A stretch of DNA of 64,000 nt from an uncultured Clostridia bacterium (GTDB lineage: Bacteria > Bacillota > Clostridia > Oscillospirales > CAG-272), in contig CANQQT010000005.1 in NCBI GenBank assembly GCA_947626065.1, positions 12,252 to 76,251 on the forward strand, in the 5' to 3' direction. Positions 62,022 to 64,000 of this stretch are shown piece after piece. Numbering within the stretch: position 1 is the stretch's first letter; the number at the start of each line of letters is the position of its first letter. Made by a program: the position numbers and the translations under genes. The notes under the pieces are model-generated. The model did not search any database. It was not told where the DNA came from and worked only from the letters and a program-made list of their open reading frames with translations.

Positions 62022-63496
62022 TAAGAATCTTCTCCCTCAAGCGCGTTCAGCTTTGCAACGTACTCCTGAATCTTCTTCTGTACGCTGATACGGTTGGCCG
62101 CGACCGTCGAAACCCATCCGGTGTCGTTGTCCTTGATGGCGTTGTCCATCAGGTGGTCGATGCCGAGGATGTAAGCGTAGGTGAAGCCGATGTCAAGAAC
62201 GACGCCGGCGCGGATCTGGTCGAAGAGGCCCTTGACCGTCGGGGTCGCCTCGGTGAACTTAACCTTCATCGCATCCTCGAAGAAAGCCGGGGTGATTCTC
62301 TGCGCGCTCTCGCTTGCGATGCACTCAAGAACGGCGCCCGCCATGCTGGCGTTCGGGGTGGTTCTCGTCACGCCGAAGGACATATAGATGTTTCTCGCGA
62401 AGGTGTAGTAGCCTTCCTGCTCCTCATCCCACTTCGGATAGGGGAGAATGCTGTAGTCGCCGTTGATTTCGGCGTACATACCGGCCATGTTGTCGAGGGT
62501 GGTCGTCGAGAAGAGCATCTGTCCGGCCTTGAAGGAGGTGCTGACGGGGACGTCCATCGAGCCGTTGTTATCACCGGTCACAAAGCCGGGGTTGCCGTGG
62601 AAGAGGTCGCAGAGCCATGCCACCTTGTCGGCGACGGTCGATTCGGTATAACCGAAGGAATAGCTTCCGTCGTTGTTTCTCGTCAGAATCCGGATGCCGA
62701 AGGCAGGACCGAAGGCGGAGAGGTGGTTGTAGTTCTGGATGCCGAAGCCGAAGGTGTCGGTTTCGATGTTGGGGTTGGAGGGGTCAACGCCCTGATAGGC
62801 CGCGACCGCGTACTGCTTCAGCAGCTCCTTCGTCCATTTTCCATCGAAGGCAACCTGCTGAATGTCGCCGTCGATGAGCTGCGCCGCAAGCTCCTTATTG
62901 AAGATCATGCACATGGTGTTCTTCAAAAGGGACAGGGAGGCGTCACCCGCCGCAAAGTAGATGCGACCGTTGACCTCGGAGTCCTCAAGGAGAGAAGCGA
63001 GCCAATAGGGCTTGGTGAAGTCGAGATACTCGACGCCGTGCAGGTCGACGAGTGCGCCGGAGGAGACCACCGGCGGGATGTGGTAGGTCGGGCAGGTGAT
63101 GAGATCCCACAGATCCTCGTTCGCCGCGTAGGCGTTCTTGATGCGGTTCTCATAGCTTGCGCGGTTCTTGGCCTCGTAGCCGGGGAGCGTTTCCATCTTA
63201 TACTCCACCGCCAACCGCTCCATCACGGCGAGGTTGGTTTCGTAGACCGCGACGTCGACCACTTCGCTGGAGCCGGCGCCGTCCTCAAAATAGAATTCGT
63301 CAACAATTTCTTCCGGGTAGAGGATGCGCACCGCCGCTCCGTTGAAGTCGAGATCGTCGGGCAGGCTGTCCAGCCGCTCGGCTCCTCCGGTTCCGACAGG
63401 CGCTTTTGTTCCTGTTGCGCCTTGGCCGCCTTTGCTGCAGGCGACAATGGCAAGCGTCATCGCAAGAAGCAGGATTACGGAAATTACCTTTTTCAT
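62021..63496 (-). CDS. Extracellular solute-binding lipoprotein (ABC sugar-binding family 1-like)
   Basis: Starts MKKVISVILLLAMTLAIVAC (lipobox) at ATG 63496 after AGGAGG. 491 aa. Confidence 0.8.
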   Translation of the reverse strand: MKKVISVILLLAMTLAIVACSKGGQGATGTKAPVGTGGAERLDSLPDDLDFNGAAVRILYPEEIVDEFYFEDGAGSSEVVDVAVYETNLAVMERLAVEYKMETLPGYEAKNRASYENRIKNAYAANEDLWDLITCPTYHIPPVVSSGALVDLHGVEYLDFTKPYWLASLLEDSEVNGRIYFAAGDASLSLLKNTMCMIFNKELAAQLIDGDIQQVAFDGKWTKELLKQYAVAAYQGVDPSNPNIETDTFGFGIQNYNHLSAFGPAFGIRILTRNNDGSYSFGYTESTVADKVAWLCDLFHGNPGFVTGDNNGSMDVPVSTSFKAGQMLFSTTTLDNMAGMYAEINGDYSILPYPKWDEEQEGYYTFARNIYMSFGVTRTTPNASMAGAVLECIASESAQRITPAFFEDAMKVKFTEATPTVKGLFDQIRAGVVLDIGFTYAYILGIDHLMDNAIKDNDTGWVSTVAANRISVQKKIQEYVAKLNALEGEDS

Positions 63497-63884
63497 TTTC
63501 AGAATAGACCTCCTGAGTTTTTTGTGTATAATCATTATAACATTATATGCCGGGTGTGTAAAGTCAAAAAAAATGTTTTTTCTTGCACGTTTTTTCGTCC
63601 TCCCTTGTCAAAACGACGAATTTTCAAAAGTCGGCGGGGCCTTGAAATGATAATTTCCGGAAAAGTTCACAAATAGCCCCCAAATACCCCCACAAATGGC
63701 CGGTTTCGCGAGGTATGATAACTTTTTTGTTACTTTTTGTTCACATTCACACAAACACGTTATTTTTCCGGGCTTTTCACACTTTGCTTCACATTCCTTC
63801 CCGAGGGAAAACGGGAAAAGCGGCCACTTTTCGGCTTTTTTTCGTGAAAAACCAAAAATCCTCCACTGAATTGCCTAAAACCTA

Positions 63885-63913
63885 TTTACAAACCGCGAAA
63901 AAAATGGTATACT
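63885..63913 (+). promoter_or_regulatory. Plus-strand promoter firing out of the right edge
   Basis: TTTACA, then 17 nt, then TATACT. The downstream target lies outside the window. Confidence 0.5.
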
Positions 63914-64000
63914 GAGTTTGGCAGGGCTGTTTTGGGGCCTCGCGGAATTTTTCGGCGCTTTCCTTTTTTTTCGCGGTCTCCTTCGCGCTTCCTGTCCCCA

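Overview
This looks like a chromosomal segment from a high-GC Firmicutes/Clostridia-type genome. The taxonomic guess is an inference from canonical sigma-A promoters, GGAGG ribosome-binding sites, and dockerin/MucBP/sortase-type surface proteins. I can support about 44 protein genes and 5 tRNAs, nearly all on the minus strand.

Layout, left to right:
- 1-12.3 kb: a nucleotide-sugar module (SIS isomerase plus a fused nucleotidyltransferase/kinase), a Val-Asp-Phe-Gly-Cys tRNA operon, gpmI-srtB-GT2, ymdB-like, yihY, dagK-like, asnA, and a HAD hydrolase.
- 12.5-23.8 kb: one nine-gene branched-chain amino-acid operon, ilvB-ilvN-ilvC-ilvD-cimA-leuC-leuD-leuB-ilvE.
- 24-34 kb: a small Cys-rich protein, a lipoprotein, a 2090-aa cell-envelope S8 protease, and an Asp-box (sialidase-like) lipoprotein.
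- 34.9-46.6 kb: znuCB-like transporter, rubrerythrin, a large orphan solute-binding lipoprotein, dgt-dnaG-rpoD, yigZ, hflX, and rpmE.
- 47-63.5 kb: a glycan/surface island with GH36 alpha-galactosidase, a GH39-like hydrolase, four tandem paralogous surface proteins, two more Asp-box paralogues, and a second solute-binding lipoprotein.

I saw no transposase, integrase, phage, CRISPR, toxin-antitoxin or recognisable defence genes.

The most interesting observations are:
1. An Ile-codon-rich leader ORF plus terminator ahead of ilvB, which looks like a ribosome-mediated attenuator rather than a T-box.
2. A family of non-LPxTG sorting signals (SPDTG, SPSTAD, APATAD), with a single class B sortase in the window.
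3. A tandem paralogous surface-protein family, one member of which carries about ten H-x3-C-x2-C-x8-12-H mini-modules.
4. A 340-bp tract that is only 5% T and rich in alternating purine-pyrimidine runs, with a perfect 35-nt direct repeat, lying between two paralogues.
5. Unusually long intergenic spacers filled with short tandem repeats, including a hairpin array inside the leu operon.

All family calls come from motif recognition by eye. No database search was run.
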